From: Sumerlaeia bacterium
GTDB lineage: Bacteria; Sumerlaeota; Sumerlaeia; SLMS01; JAHLLQ01
NCBI GenBank assembly: GCA_040219255.1
Contig: JAVJSW010000054.1
Coordinates: 1 to 63,987 of the forward strand
Length of the DNA: 63,987 bases
Reading direction: 5' to 3'
In this document: piece by piece, positions 30,322 through 40,554 of the stretch
Layout: every line of letters begins with the position of its first letter
Position numbering within the stretch: the first letter of the stretch is position 1
Program-made: the position numbers and the translations under genes
The notes under the pieces: model-generated
The model's database searches: none
What the model saw: the letters and a program-made list of their open reading frames with translations, nothing else
What the model was told of the DNA's origin: nothing

Positions 30322-31538
30322 TGCGCCGCCTCCACGCTCAAGGTCCGCAGCCGCGACAGCTTCCACGCACCGTCGCTCACGGTGACCCGCAGGAGCGCCT
30401 CGGATATCGTTCCCCGCGGGTGTTTGTGGCCCCAGTGCGAGACCGTCCCCTCCGTCAGCCAACTGGCGCGGTAGGAAAACTCCGGCGCGTCGCCTCGTCC
30501 GCGCGCCTCGACCACCGCGCCGTAGAGCAATCGCACGCCCTCGATCCGCACCACGGCGCCGCTCTCCTGCTGGCCCAGCAGCGACTCGCGCATGCTCAGG
30601 TAAATCTGCGCCAGCAGCTCCCCCTCGATGCTCTTCGCGAGGGCGTCGTAAATCTCTTCTTCCGTGCGGAATTCGAAGGCGGCGTAGATGTTCTGGATCA
30701 GTCGCTCCACAATCGCGCGGGCTGCTTCGGATTCGGCAGCGACGGTGCCCTTGAAGAGGCGTTGCTCGGCGGCCGTGGCGGCGACCGGCTCGATCGCTGG
30801 CGGGTCCTTCACGACACCGGGATTGTCCCAGGCCATCACTGGATTGCCGGGCAGCAGCAGCCGCAGCGCAGGCTCCGTGTCGTAGGCCATCAGGATGCCC
30901 TGCACGCTCTCGACGCCAAACGCGTCGAATCGATCGAAAGTGAGGGCCGCCTCGGCGGGGGCGCGAACTCCCGCTTCATACGTGCTGATGATCCCCACCA
31001 GGGTGCGATCCGCCGGGATGGGTTCGGGCAGCGCGGCCCAGACATCGGCCCTGTCGAAATAGGTCACATAGATGTCGCTGGGCGCTTTCTCGAAGCCCTC
31101 GATCTCGACCGGGTTGGCGTCGAGAAAAGCCGCCGCGATGGCATCCGCGGCGGCGTAGCGCTCAGCCCGATCGAGGCTCTCTGTCGCCGCCCGGTCGACC
31201 GCTACGACGCGCTCCAGAATCGCCAGCGGCACCATCATCTCGTGGCGCACACGATGGCCGTCCAGATCCTCTTCCAGGTACAGAAACGAAACCACACCGC
31301 CCGTGCGCGCGGCTTGCTGGAGCACCGCATCCATCTCAAGTCCGCCGCCGGACTGAGGTTTGGGAGCGTCCTGAGCCCGCACCGAAACCGCCCAAAGGCA
31401 CCAGCCGAGCAAGAAAGGTAACACGGCCGTCCCGGCCGTGACCCGCCACGCTTTCCCGCCAAGAGACGATCGGACGGGGCGGATCGGGACGGGGCACAGG
31501 CCACCCGAAAGTTTTCTGGTTTTCGACAAAAGCGTCAT
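30318..31538 (-). CDS. Exported hypothetical protein coupled to ABC ATPase
   Basis: Signal-like segment ending VRAQ; C-terminal NIYAAFEFRTEEEIYDAL...GTVSHWGHKHPR; start uncertain. Confidence 0.7.
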   Translation of the reverse strand: MTLLSKTRKLSGGLCPVPIRPVRSSLGGKAWRVTAGTAVLPFLLGWCLWAVSVRAQDAPKPQSGGGLEMDAVLQQAARTGGVVSFLYLEEDLDGHRVRHEMMVPLAILERVVAVDRAATESLDRAERYAAADAIAAAFLDANPVEIEGFEKAPSDIYVTYFDRADVWAALPEPIPADRTLVGIISTYEAGVRAPAEAALTFDRFDAFGVESVQGILMAYDTEPALRLLLPGNPVMAWDNPGVVKDPPAIEPVAATAAEQRLFKGTVAAESEAARAIVERLIQNIYAAFEFRTEEEIYDALAKSIEGELLAQIYLSMRESLLGQQESGAVVRIEGVRLLYGAVVEARGRGDAPEFSYRASWLTEGTVSHWGHKHPRGTISEALLRVTVSDGAWKLSRLRTLSVEAAQ

Positions 31539-31610
31539 CCCAACCCTCGCCTCGCACAGGTGATGACACAACTCAAGCAACGGGATTTGCGAGAGGCAAC
31601 GGCCTTTCTC

Positions 31611-32012
31611 TCAACCCCCCGCGGCGGGGGCGGCGCCTCCGCCGCTGGCGAGTTCGTCCACCTTGGGCTTCTCGACCTCGTCCTGCGTCGTCGTCTCCGG
31701 GATGTCCTCCTCGGCGTGCAGGTGTGCCGGCCGCAGACGGCGCTTCACCGCCGCGTGGGCGATGACGTGAGCGCTGATCGGCGCGGTGATGAACTGGAAT
31801 GCCACCGCCACGCAGGCCTTCACCAGAGTGCTCGGATCCTCACTCAGTATCCCCGCCGCCAGCACGATCGAGCAGAATCCAAAGGTCAGCGACTTCGACG
31901 CGCACTGTAGCCGCAGGTACACGTCCTCGTACCGCACCACGCCCACGTTCCCTACGGTGAAGAACAGCAACCCGATCACCAGCAGGAAGAATCCGATCCA
32001 TTCAATCATCAT
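31611..32012 (-). CDS. mrpG: Mrp Na+/H+ antiporter subunit G
   Basis: GVVRYEDVYLRLQCASKSLT, FITAPISAH; operon position. Confidence 0.9.
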   Translation of the reverse strand: MMIEWIGFFLLVIGLLFFTVGNVGVVRYEDVYLRLQCASKSLTFGFCSIVLAAGILSEDPSTLVKACVAVAFQFITAPISAHVIAHAAVKRRLRPAHLHAEEDIPETTTQDEVEKPKVDELASGGGAAPAAGG

Positions 32013-32301
32013 CGAAGATGTCTCCGTTCTCGACGAACCGGGCCGCCGCCACGGTGGAGAGGAATCCCACGATGGAGAACAGCAGGATCACGTCCATGAA
32101 GAGCGTTGTGCCGACGACGAGTCCGTAGAACGCCGTGAGGCTCAGCACGCCGAGCACGAAACTCTCGAAAATCACCAACCGGTCCAGCGCCGTGCGCCCC
32201 TGGAAGAAGCGCAGCATGAGGCCCGCCAGACACAGCACGAAGACCAGGAAAAAGATCAACTGGACGATCGGCGCGAGGAAGGATGGAACGGGTGTCGCCA
32301 T
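32002..32301 (-). CDS. mrpF: Mrp antiporter subunit F
   Basis: GRTALDRLV, GFLSTVAAARF. Confidence 0.9.
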   Translation of the reverse strand: MATPVPSFLAPIVQLIFFLVFVLCLAGLMLRFFQGRTALDRLVIFESFVLGVLSLTAFYGLVVGTTLFMDVILLFSIVGFLSTVAAARFVENGDIFDDD

Positions 32302-32324
32302 GGTGGAAAACTCCTGTGAGAGGC

Positions 32325-32807
32325 TCAGGCCTGACCTTTGAGGATGTCGATGGGACGCCGCAGGGCGGCCGCCGCGTCACTCTTGTCCGGATACATCGCA
32401 TGCACCAGCAAAACGCCCCGGTCTTCGTCGACGCCGCAGGTCAGCGTGCCCGGCGTCAGGGTGATGCGGTGGCTCAAGAGGGCGATCTCGCCGGGCGTCA
32501 GGTCGCTCACGGGAATCCGCACTAGCCGGATGTAGTGATAATTCTTTGGTGTCAGCACGTCCCAAGCCAGCCGCAGGTTTGAAAGCGTCAGGTCCCAAAT
32601 AAAATCCCACAGGAACCAAAGCAGATTCTTCGTGTTCTTGAGCAGGCGCAAGTCATGCGGGAAAACCGACCAGAACAGCACCAGAGCCCCGCCGACCAGC
32701 AGACCCGTGTAAAGCAAGGCCACCGACATGCCCGAGCCCGGCTCGATCAGGCTCGGCGAAATCAGGAACAACAGCCCGCAGGCGATTACGAACAAGACGC
32801 TCTTCAT
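32325..32807 (-). CDS. mrpE: Mrp antiporter subunit E
   Basis: SNLRLAWDVL, ITLTPGTLT, LLVHAM. Confidence 0.9.
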   Translation of the reverse strand: MKSVLFVIACGLLFLISPSLIEPGSGMSVALLYTGLLVGGALVLFWSVFPHDLRLLKNTKNLLWFLWDFIWDLTLSNLRLAWDVLTPKNYHYIRLVRIPVSDLTPGEIALLSHRITLTPGTLTCGVDEDRGVLLVHAMYPDKSDAAAALRRPIDILKGQA

Positions 32808-32811
32808 CTGA

Positions 32812-34371
32812 TTACTCCTCCGCCTCCAGAAGAGCCGCCGCGGTCATCCGCCCGGCGCTCGCTTCCTCGAAAGCGAGCACACCCCGCTCGCCCAGCACCG
32901 CCTCGATGTAGACCCGCTGATCGAAAATCTGCTTCGAGGCTTCCGTGGAAACGATCATGATCTGCCGGCTGAACACCGCCACCAGCACCGTCATCAGCAC
33001 CAACCCCCACGTCGCCACGATTACGCCGTGGTTCTTGTGCTTCAACGGCTCCGGACCCGCGATGCGCTCTCCCCAGAACGCGTACTTCCAGATCTTGATC
33101 ATGCAGTACGTCGTGCACAGCGACGTCACCAGCGAGATCGCCACATAGAAGACGAACCCCTGATTCAGACCCTCCACCACCAGCGCGTACTTGCCATAGA
33201 AACCCGACAGCGGTGGAATGCCCCCAAGGGAAAAAGCCGCGAACAGGAACGCGATAGCCAGCCACGGGTAAGCCTCGACCAAGCCTGTCACGCGCTTCAG
33301 ATTGTCCGACCCCTCGTTCACCCGCACCGCACCGCCGATCATGAACAAGGCCGACTTCACGAGAATCTGGTGGAAAATGTAAAAAATCCCCGCCGCGATT
33401 CCCAATTCCGTGAACAACGCCAGGCCGAACACCATATAGCCGATCTGGCTGATGATGTGGAACGACAGGATCGAGCGAAACGTCCACTGGCACAGGGCCC
33501 CCAGCACCCCGATAATCATCGTGCTGCCCGCGATCGCCAGCAGCACCGGCTGGAACCAGTCATCGATCTCGATGCGGAACATCAACGTGAACGTCCGGTA
33601 AAGACAGTACACGCCCACCTTCGTCAGAACCCCCGCGAAATACGGCAGCACGCCTCCCGGAATACGTGGATAGGTATCCGGCAGCCAGAAGAAAATCGGA
33701 AACAATGCCGCTTTGAAACCGAAGACCAGCAAAAAAACCGACCCCAGCGCCACCACCACGCCGGTGTTCTCGTAGCTCTGGATTTTGATCGCCAGATCCG
33801 CCATGTTCAGCGTTCCGAAAACCCCATAGGTGAATCCCGCGCCGATCAGAAACAACGTCCCCGCCACCACGTTCAGAACCAGGTACTTGAAGCCCTCGCG
33901 CAATTGAGCCGTTCCGCCACCGTGCGTGACCAGAACGTAGCTGCTGATCAGCATCAGTTCGAAACTGACGAACAGGTTAAACAAATCGCCCGTGATGAAC
34001 GCCCAATTCACCCCCGCCGTCATCAACAGGAACAGCGGGTGAAAGAGCGCCCGTTCCCGATCGGCCTTTGCCGCCCCGGTCACGATGTACCAGAAAACCG
34101 CCACCTGGGTCAGGGCCGACGCCACCATCAGCAGGCAACTCATCAGATCGCCAACCAGCACAATGCCGTAGGTCAGGGGCCACTCCCCCACCCGCAGCAC
34201 GAGCAGCCCGTCCGCCCGCACCGAGAAGAGCAGGTGAATCGTCACCAGGAGCAACCCGTGCGCCGCCGCGCCGGCGAAGACGCGCTGCCAAAGCAAACTG
34301 TTGCGAAACGCCAGACACAAACCCGCCGCGATGAACGGAATCAGGATCGGCAGAATGAGAACGTTATCCAC
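32812..34371 (-). CDS. mrpD: Mrp antiporter subunit D
   Basis: TGDLFNLFVSFE, KAALFP, WLPDTY, LTKVGVY, GIPPLSGFYGK; GTG start with GGAGG. Confidence 0.93.
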   Translation of the reverse strand: MDNVLILPILIPFIAAGLCLAFRNSLLWQRVFAGAAAHGLLLVTIHLLFSVRADGLLVLRVGEWPLTYGIVLVGDLMSCLLMVASALTQVAVFWYIVTGAAKADRERALFHPLFLLMTAGVNWAFITGDLFNLFVSFELMLISSYVLVTHGGGTAQLREGFKYLVLNVVAGTLFLIGAGFTYGVFGTLNMADLAIKIQSYENTGVVVALGSVFLLVFGFKAALFPIFFWLPDTYPRIPGGVLPYFAGVLTKVGVYCLYRTFTLMFRIEIDDWFQPVLLAIAGSTMIIGVLGALCQWTFRSILSFHIISQIGYMVFGLALFTELGIAAGIFYIFHQILVKSALFMIGGAVRVNEGSDNLKRVTGLVEAYPWLAIAFLFAAFSLGGIPPLSGFYGKYALVVEGLNQGFVFYVAISLVTSLCTTYCMIKIWKYAFWGERIAGPEPLKHKNHGVIVATWGLVLMTVLVAVFSRQIMIVSTEASKQIFDQRVYIEAVLGERGVLAFEEASAGRMTAAALLEAEE

Positions 34372-34978
34372 GAGGTTCCTCCCCACCGTCTGAACGCGCC
34401 TCGCCTTCGGCGTCGCGGGCCGCCGGAGGACATGCCTCCGCCCGCTTCAATTCCCGGGCCCCTTCACGCCCCAGATCCTCCTCGCTGTCGTCCGGGCATT
34501 CTTCCTCTGGCAGCACCACCATCGGCGAACTTTCCTCCATCGTCACCCGCGGAGGCGTCTTGACCATCGCCTCCAACTCGCCCACTTCCAGCGTCGCGTT
34601 CTCCTCGTATCCCCGCGCAGCCAGCACAATGGCAAAACTCGTCACGCCGAAGCTGATCACGATGGCCGTAAGAATCAGGGCCTGAGGCAGCGGATCGACA
34701 TAGTATTCCGGCGGGGCGAATTCCTTGTGTTCGCCTTTCGAATCCCCGTCGTCGAAGGCTTCCTCGATGGCCCCTGCGGCTTCTTGCTGCCGCACCGTCT
34801 CCACCAGAATCGGAGGGTGCGTTTGCACCTCCCATCCGCTGATGGTCACTAGTGCCAGAAACGAGGCGTTCCCCAGCATCGAAAGGCCAAGGACCACTTC
34901 GAAGACACTGCGCCTCATAATCAAATAAAGCGCCACGCTGGCGAGAAAGCCGGCTAGCAGGGAAATCAGTAAATCCAT
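34364..34978 (-). CDS. mrpC: Mrp antiporter subunit C (with acidic insert and tail)
   Basis: DPLPQALILTAIVISFG signature. Confidence 0.92.
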   Translation of the reverse strand: MDLLISLLAGFLASVALYLIMRRSVFEVVLGLSMLGNASFLALVTISGWEVQTHPPILVETVRQQEAAGAIEEAFDDGDSKGEHKEFAPPEYYVDPLPQALILTAIVISFGVTSFAIVLAARGYEENATLEVGELEAMVKTPPRVTMEESSPMVVLPEEECPDDSEEDLGREGARELKRAEACPPAARDAEGEARSDGGEEPRG

Positions 34979-34990
34979 CGTTCGGTCCCT

Positions 34991-37948
34991 TTACTCCTTG
35001 CCGCGCCCAAAGCTCTTCAAAATCACCAGCACCGTCCCCACCACGATCAGGTAGATGCCCAGATCGAACAGGGCGGCGGAGGCGAACTCGGTTTCGCCGA
35101 TCAGCGGCAGATCCACATAGACATAGCCGCTTCGGAAAAACCCGTGGCCCAAAAACATCGGCGCCATCGGCGTTCCCACCGCGAACAGAATCCCCAGCGG
35201 AAGAAGAGGAAACGCGTTCCTCGGACGCAAGCGCTCCGTATCGCCGCGAGGCACCACCAGGTAGAACGGAATCATCGCCGCCGCCGTCAACAGGCCCGCG
35301 ATGAACCCGCCGCCGGGCTTGTTGTGACCCGAAAAGAACAGCACCACCGCCAGCCCCAGAAGGAAGAACGCCACCGTCGGCGCCATCGTCCGCATGATAA
35401 ATGGCGAGCGCTCGCGCAAACGGAAACCCTTGAGGAACGGATCGTCCGCCGCCGCCAGTCCCGGCACCGGCTTGTGCGGCGAGAGTTTGGGCAGCACCTT
35501 CCCCTTGCGCACCGCGCGCGGCACCCGGTCGCGCCCGATCGTCAGCAGAGCCAGCACTCCCAGCCCCGCGATCGCCAGCACCGCTGCCTCGCCCATCGTA
35601 TCCAGACCGCGGAAATCCACCAGGATCACGTTCACCACGTTCGTCCCGCCGCCGCCATGATTGCCGAACAGTTCTTTGGTTTCCGGGTACTTCGAGTTCA
35701 GTAGGTAGAACTCCCGGTGCGTCGGATTGCCCGCCAGCACCGGATCGTTCTTCGCCGTGCTGGTCGCGCCCGCGTAAGTCAACGCCGCCACCAGCAAGCC
35801 TCCCCCCACGGCCACCGCCGCTGTCGTCGCGATTCCCAACGGCCGCCTCGGTTCATCGAACGCGTTCGGCAGCCGCTTGAGCAGCAGCAGGAACATCACC
35901 AGAATCGCCAACTCCACCAGCACCTGCGTCAGCGCCAGGTCCGGCGCTTTGTACAGCACGAACACCAGCGCCACCGACAACCCGGCCACGCTGGCCCCCA
36001 GCAGACGTGGCAGGAACGAACGCGCCTTGATCACCAGCCCCGCCCCGAACACAATCAGCAGAATCGCCCCATAGGCGAATGCCGGCACCTCCGCCAAAGC
36101 CCCCCAGTCCGGCCGCTCCAGACTCCGCCAGATCAGCAACGGCGCGCCCGCCAACGCCACAACCACCATCAGCGTGATGGTCGCATTGCGCTGCAGCGAC
36201 GGCCGCTGCACCACCCGCGCCGTGAACGCCGAAATCGCCGGCAACGCTTCATCATAGATCAATTCATAGCCCCGCGTGAACGGCGTCGGCGACTTCAATC
36301 CCTGATACGCCTTGTCGATCGCCCCGCTCGCCACGAACACCAGCGGCCCGCCCACGAACAGAACGAACAGGCTCAGCCACGTCTTGATGTCCACATCGTT
36401 CAATTGATAGAACGCGATCGTGTAGCCCGTCTTCGTCGAGTAATACGCCTCGTTCACCATGGCCCCGATGGGCCCCGACAACAGCGGCACGAACAACCCG
36501 CCCGCAACCGACAGGCCGATCAGAATCGCCGGCGCCAGAAGAATCCCAAAGGAGCCCTCGTGCGGGTGGATCGATTTGTCCCGGGGCTCGCCAAAAAAGG
36601 GCGACACGATCATCCGCAGGCAATACGCCACGGTAAACAGACTCACCACCGCCGCCAGAATCAAGAATCCCGGAACCCCGAAAATCTCGAAATGCTCCGC
36701 GTGCGCGTAGTATGCCCCCTTCTCCCAAAGCTTCTTATGCACAAAGCCCAGCGTCAGCGGCCCCCCCGCCATACTGTAGCACCCCGCGATCGTCAGCGCC
36801 GCCGTCCATGGCATCGTCCTCCGCAAACCGCCCATGCGCGTCCAATCGCGCGTGTGCAACCCGTGATCCAGGATGCCCACCATCATGAACAGCCCGCCCT
36901 TGAACAGCGCGTGACTCGCGATCAGCAGCAAATCCATCGGCAGCGGATGCTCGCTGCCCACGGCGTGATAACCGAAACCGTAATAGCTCGTCAGCAGGCC
37001 CAACTGGCTCACCGTCGAGTACGCCAGCAATTGCTTCAAATCCTTCGCGACAACCGCCATGAAGCCCCCCACCAGCATCGTCGCCAGCCCCACCGGCGCC
37101 ACGATCCAAAGCCAAAGCTCCCAGCCCTCGAACACCGGATACATACGGCCCAGGAGATAGATGCCCGCCTTCACCATCGTTGCCGCGTGCAGATAAGCCG
37201 AAACCGGCGTCGGAGCCTCCATCGCCCCCGGCAACCAGAAGTGGAACGGGAACTGCGCGCTCTTCGTGAACGCGCCCAAAAGCATCAGTATCAGCACCGC
37301 CTTCGCCGCCGGATGCGCCAGGATGACATCCTTGTTCGCCCAAAAACCGTCCCACTCCAGCGCCGCCGCCCCTAAACCCAAGTCCCTGCCGATCCACACC
37401 AGCGCCCCGATCCCCGTCAGCAGACACAGCCCCCCCGTCACCGTCACCAGCAACGCCCGCACCGCCCCCTTGATCGCCTCTTTCTTGAAGCTCCAGTGGC
37501 CAATCAACAGGAACGACGTCAACGACGTCATCTCCCAGAACAGCAGCATCAGCACGATATTGCGGCTGATCACCACCCCCAGCATCGCCCCCATGAACAG
37601 CAGCATGTTGCCATAGAACCGCCAGGGCGCGTCCTCCGGGTCCATGTAGTGACCCGCGTAGAAGAACACCAGGAACCCAATCCCCAGCACCAGCCACGCG
37701 AAAAACAACGCCGGCCCATCCAGCCAAAGGCTGAAGTTCAACCCCAACTCCGGCATCCACTCCGCGAACACCGACACCGGCGAACCCGACTCCGCCCCGA
37801 TCACAGTCAGCACCGCCAGCATCGCCAACGACCCGCCCGTGGCGAACAAAGCGATCAACCGGGGCAACGGCGAAGGCGTCCGCCGATCCATCACCAGGAA
37901 CGACGCCGCCGCGAGAAACGGTAAAAGGAGTGTGAGAAGCAACAACAC
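34991..37948 (-). CDS. mrpA: Mrp antiporter fused subunit A/B
   Basis: TKSAQFPFHFWLPGAMEAPTPVSAYLHAATMVKAG, NVILVDFRGLDTMGE, MrpB motif GHNKPGGGFIAG, LFDLGIY. Confidence 0.95.
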   Translation of the reverse strand: MLLLLTLLLPFLAAASFLVMDRRTPSPLPRLIALFATGGSLAMLAVLTVIGAESGSPVSVFAEWMPELGLNFSLWLDGPALFFAWLVLGIGFLVFFYAGHYMDPEDAPWRFYGNMLLFMGAMLGVVISRNIVLMLLFWEMTSLTSFLLIGHWSFKKEAIKGAVRALLVTVTGGLCLLTGIGALVWIGRDLGLGAAALEWDGFWANKDVILAHPAAKAVLILMLLGAFTKSAQFPFHFWLPGAMEAPTPVSAYLHAATMVKAGIYLLGRMYPVFEGWELWLWIVAPVGLATMLVGGFMAVVAKDLKQLLAYSTVSQLGLLTSYYGFGYHAVGSEHPLPMDLLLIASHALFKGGLFMMVGILDHGLHTRDWTRMGGLRRTMPWTAALTIAGCYSMAGGPLTLGFVHKKLWEKGAYYAHAEHFEIFGVPGFLILAAVVSLFTVAYCLRMIVSPFFGEPRDKSIHPHEGSFGILLAPAILIGLSVAGGLFVPLLSGPIGAMVNEAYYSTKTGYTIAFYQLNDVDIKTWLSLFVLFVGGPLVFVASGAIDKAYQGLKSPTPFTRGYELIYDEALPAISAFTARVVQRPSLQRNATITLMVVVALAGAPLLIWRSLERPDWGALAEVPAFAYGAILLIVFGAGLVIKARSFLPRLLGASVAGLSVALVFVLYKAPDLALTQVLVELAILVMFLLLLKRLPNAFDEPRRPLGIATTAAVAVGGGLLVAALTYAGATSTAKNDPVLAGNPTHREFYLLNSKYPETKELFGNHGGGGTNVVNVILVDFRGLDTMGEAAVLAIAGLGVLALLTIGRDRVPRAVRKGKVLPKLSPHKPVPGLAAADDPFLKGFRLRERSPFIMRTMAPTVAFFLLGLAVVLFFSGHNKPGGGFIAGLLTAAAMIPFYLVVPRGDTERLRPRNAFPLLPLGILFAVGTPMAPMFLGHGFFRSGYVYVDLPLIGETEFASAALFDLGIYLIVVGTVLVILKSFGRGKE

Positions 37949-38091
37949 CGGAGAATCAGCCTCGACCGGTCGGATTTCAGGGGGCGCCAAGCAGCAATTC
38001 CCATGCACAAAGCCACCCCAAGGAGCGTCCCCACCCCCGGCGCGTCAAGACATAGCGGGACGATATGGCAGACTTCGGCCGGCGGATCAAG

Positions 38092-38438
38092 TCACCGCCG
38101 CGACCCCAGGACCCCGAAGTTCCTCCGAACTTCCGGCGCGAAAGCCACTCCGTCGCACCGCCTGCGGTCGAAGAGTCTTTTTTCCATAAACCACAAATGA
38201 TGACCAGATTTCTGATGGTCTTTCAAGCCGTCTGGAGTTCCTGAACGAAAATGCGCCCTGGTCTTGCAGTCACCCCGAACACGGCAAGGCTTCCCCGATC
38301 TCCATACTAACTTCTTTGAATACAGCAATCTCTGTGTTCTCCGTGACTCTGTTGTTATTTCTGAAGACTCAGGGCGCCGACACAGATCCCATACCTCCCC
38401 GCTAAAATCCTCAGCCTCCTCCGCGCCCCTGCCGTGAA
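38092..38438. repeat. Degenerate (probably nested) inverted-repeat element between mrpA and metY
   Basis: Right arms CTCTGTGTTCTCCGTGACTCTGTTGTT (38330-38356) and CCTCAGCCTCCTCCGCGCCCCTGCCGTGAA (38409-38438); weaker left arms near 38092 and 38189; AT-rich core. Confidence 0.5.
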
Positions 38439-38440
38439 TT

Positions 38441-38480
38441 AAAACAAAAGTCCCCCGCCCGCAAACCGCCAGCGGAGGAC
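38441..38480 (-). terminator. Terminator of metY
   Basis: Minus GTCCTCCGCT...GGCGGGGGAC-TTTTGTTTT. Confidence 0.7.
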
Positions 38481-38509
38481 CCACCCGTCCTCGATTTGCC
38501 CCACTCCCC

Positions 38510-39844
38510 TTACGCGATCACCACCGGGTTCGTCTTCGCCGCGTGCAGCGCCTGATCCAGGTCCTCCAGCAGATCGTCCGGGTGCTCCAGACCCACCGAC
38601 AGACGCACCAGCTCGGGCTTGATGCCGCCCGCCAGTTGCTGCGCCTCGTTCAGTTGGCTGTGCGTCGTCGTCGCCGGGTGGATGGCCAGGCTCTTCGCGT
38701 CGCCCACGTTCGCCAGGTGACTGAACAGGTCGAGCTTCTCGATGAATGTCCGCCCCGCGGGCACGCCGCCCTTGATGCCAAACGTCACCATGCCGCCGTA
38801 GCAGCCCTCGCGGTAGTACTTCTTGGCGTTGTCGTGGCCGTGGTGGTCTTCGAAACCGGGCCACCACACCCACTCGACCAGCGGGTGCTGCTTCAGGTGC
38901 TTCGCCACGATGGCCGCGTTGGCACAGTGCTTCTCCATCCGCATCGGCAGCGTCTCGATGCCCTGCAGGAACATCCAGGCGTTATCCGGCGAGATGCACG
39001 CCCCCAGGTTCCGCAGCGGCACCAGCCGCATGCGCAGAATGAACGCCAGCGGCGCCAGCGGCGCCGGCAAATCCAGCGCGTAACGCAGCCCATGGTAGGA
39101 CGGATCGGGTTCCGTCATCAGCGGGAACTTCCCGCTCGACCAATCGAAATTGCCCGCGTCGATGGCCACGCCGCCGATGCCCGTGCCATGGCCGCCCAGC
39201 CACTTCGTCAACGAATTGCAGACCACATTGGCCCCGTGCTCGATCGGGCGGCACAGGTACGCCGTCGGGAACGTGTTGTCCACGATCAACGGCAGCCCAT
39301 GGGCCTTGGCGATGTCCGCGATGGCCGCGAAATCCGGCACGAACAGCGCCGGATTGCCGCACGACTCCAGGTAAATCAGCTTCGTCTTCGGCGTGATCGC
39401 CTTCGCGATGTTCTCCGGATCCCGCGGATCGACAAAGTGCGTCTTGATCCCCAGGTGCGGATGGATCGCGTCGTACATCGTGTACGTGCCGCCGTACAGA
39501 TCGTTCGCCGACACGATCTCGTCGCCCGCCTGACAGATGTTGATGATGGCATAGTGGATCGCCGCCGTGCCCGACGCCAAGCCGAGCGCCGCCGCGCCGC
39601 CTTCGATCGCCGCGCAACGCTGCTCCAGCACGTCCGTCGTCGGGTTCATCAGCCGCGTGTAGATATTGCCCAGCTCTTTCAGGGCGAACAGATTCGCCGC
39701 GTGCTCCGTATCGCGGAACACATAGGACGACGTCCGGTACACCGGCACGCCCCGCGAATTCGTCGTCGAATCCGGGGTGTGGCCCGCGTGAAGGGCCAAA
39801 GTTTCGAGGCGGTAATTCTTCGCCGCCTTACCATTGCTGCTCAT
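38510..39844 (-). CDS. metY: O-acetylhomoserine sulfhydrylase / aminocarboxypropyltransferase
   Basis: NIYTRLMNPT, LYGGT, VDNTF, SLTKWLGGHG PLP lysine, LANVGDAKSLAIHPATTTH. Confidence 0.93.
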   Translation of the reverse strand: MSSNGKAAKNYRLETLALHAGHTPDSTTNSRGVPVYRTSSYVFRDTEHAANLFALKELGNIYTRLMNPTTDVLEQRCAAIEGGAAALGLASGTAAIHYAIINICQAGDEIVSANDLYGGTYTMYDAIHPHLGIKTHFVDPRDPENIAKAITPKTKLIYLESCGNPALFVPDFAAIADIAKAHGLPLIVDNTFPTAYLCRPIEHGANVVCNSLTKWLGGHGTGIGGVAIDAGNFDWSSGKFPLMTEPDPSYHGLRYALDLPAPLAPLAFILRMRLVPLRNLGACISPDNAWMFLQGIETLPMRMEKHCANAAIVAKHLKQHPLVEWVWWPGFEDHHGHDNAKKYYREGCYGGMVTFGIKGGVPAGRTFIEKLDLFSHLANVGDAKSLAIHPATTTHSQLNEAQQLAGGIKPELVRLSVGLEHPDDLLEDLDQALHAAKTNPVVIA

Positions 39845-40053
39845 AGGGTACAGACTCCCTCGGGGGAAAGGTCGGCGCCACCGCGCGATGGCCGCCGCTC
39901 AGATCGATAGGTCGGAATACGCCCTCCCTCGAACGAACCGGGCCATAGGAAAAGCGGCCTCATCTCCTCGAGCGGCGAGCGGGCCAAAATCCTTTCGTCA
40001 TAAGAGCCGCGCTGTCAAGCCGCGCCGAACGAACCCCTCGCTCCTCCCCTTTA

Positions 40054-40410
40054 TCAGCGAGGAGCGAAATAAAGATACGCCAGGTTATCGAAACCGAAGG
40101 CCAGCGCGATGATGATGAACAGGGCCGTCGCGACACGCACCGATCGTCTGCCCAGGAAGAACCCGATCCCCGCGACGATCAATCCCAAGATCAACGGCTG
40201 CATGATCGCCCGGCCGACCCATTCCAGAGGAGCTCCCGTCAGGAAGATCGAAGCCAAAGCCAAGAACACAATGACCGCGTAAACGGCCCAGGCGGACCAG
40301 TGCAGCGTAAACTTTTGTTTCGCGGGTTTCTCCTGGGAAGTACTCGCCGCAGCTTGGGCGCCTTCCGGTTCGCGGGCCGGTTCAGGAGCTTGCTCTCGAT
40401 TGATTTCCAT
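40054..40410 (-). CDS. Small membrane protein
   Basis: 118 aa with about three hydrophobic helices. Confidence 0.6.
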   Translation of the reverse strand: MEINREQAPEPAREPEGAQAAASTSQEKPAKQKFTLHWSAWAVYAVIVFLALASIFLTGAPLEWVGRAIMQPLILGLIVAGIGFFLGRRSVRVATALFIIIALAFGFDNLAYLYFAPR

Positions 40411-40554
40411 AGAGGACGTTCCGCCTTCTCATATTCCCCATTATTGGAGTCGGTATAAAGAAAAACTCGGCTCGAATGCCGTCAATTGAAAACGGAGGCT
40501 CAATGCTTGCAGCGACCCGGCCGTACCACCCCCCCCACCCGAAAGGCCCTCCGC

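Noticed and set aside
39850-40030. SAM-I riboswitch upstream of metY
   Set aside because: Only fragmentary resemblance (CTCTTAT, TGGCCCG); core GCAACC, GTGC and P1 pairing not found
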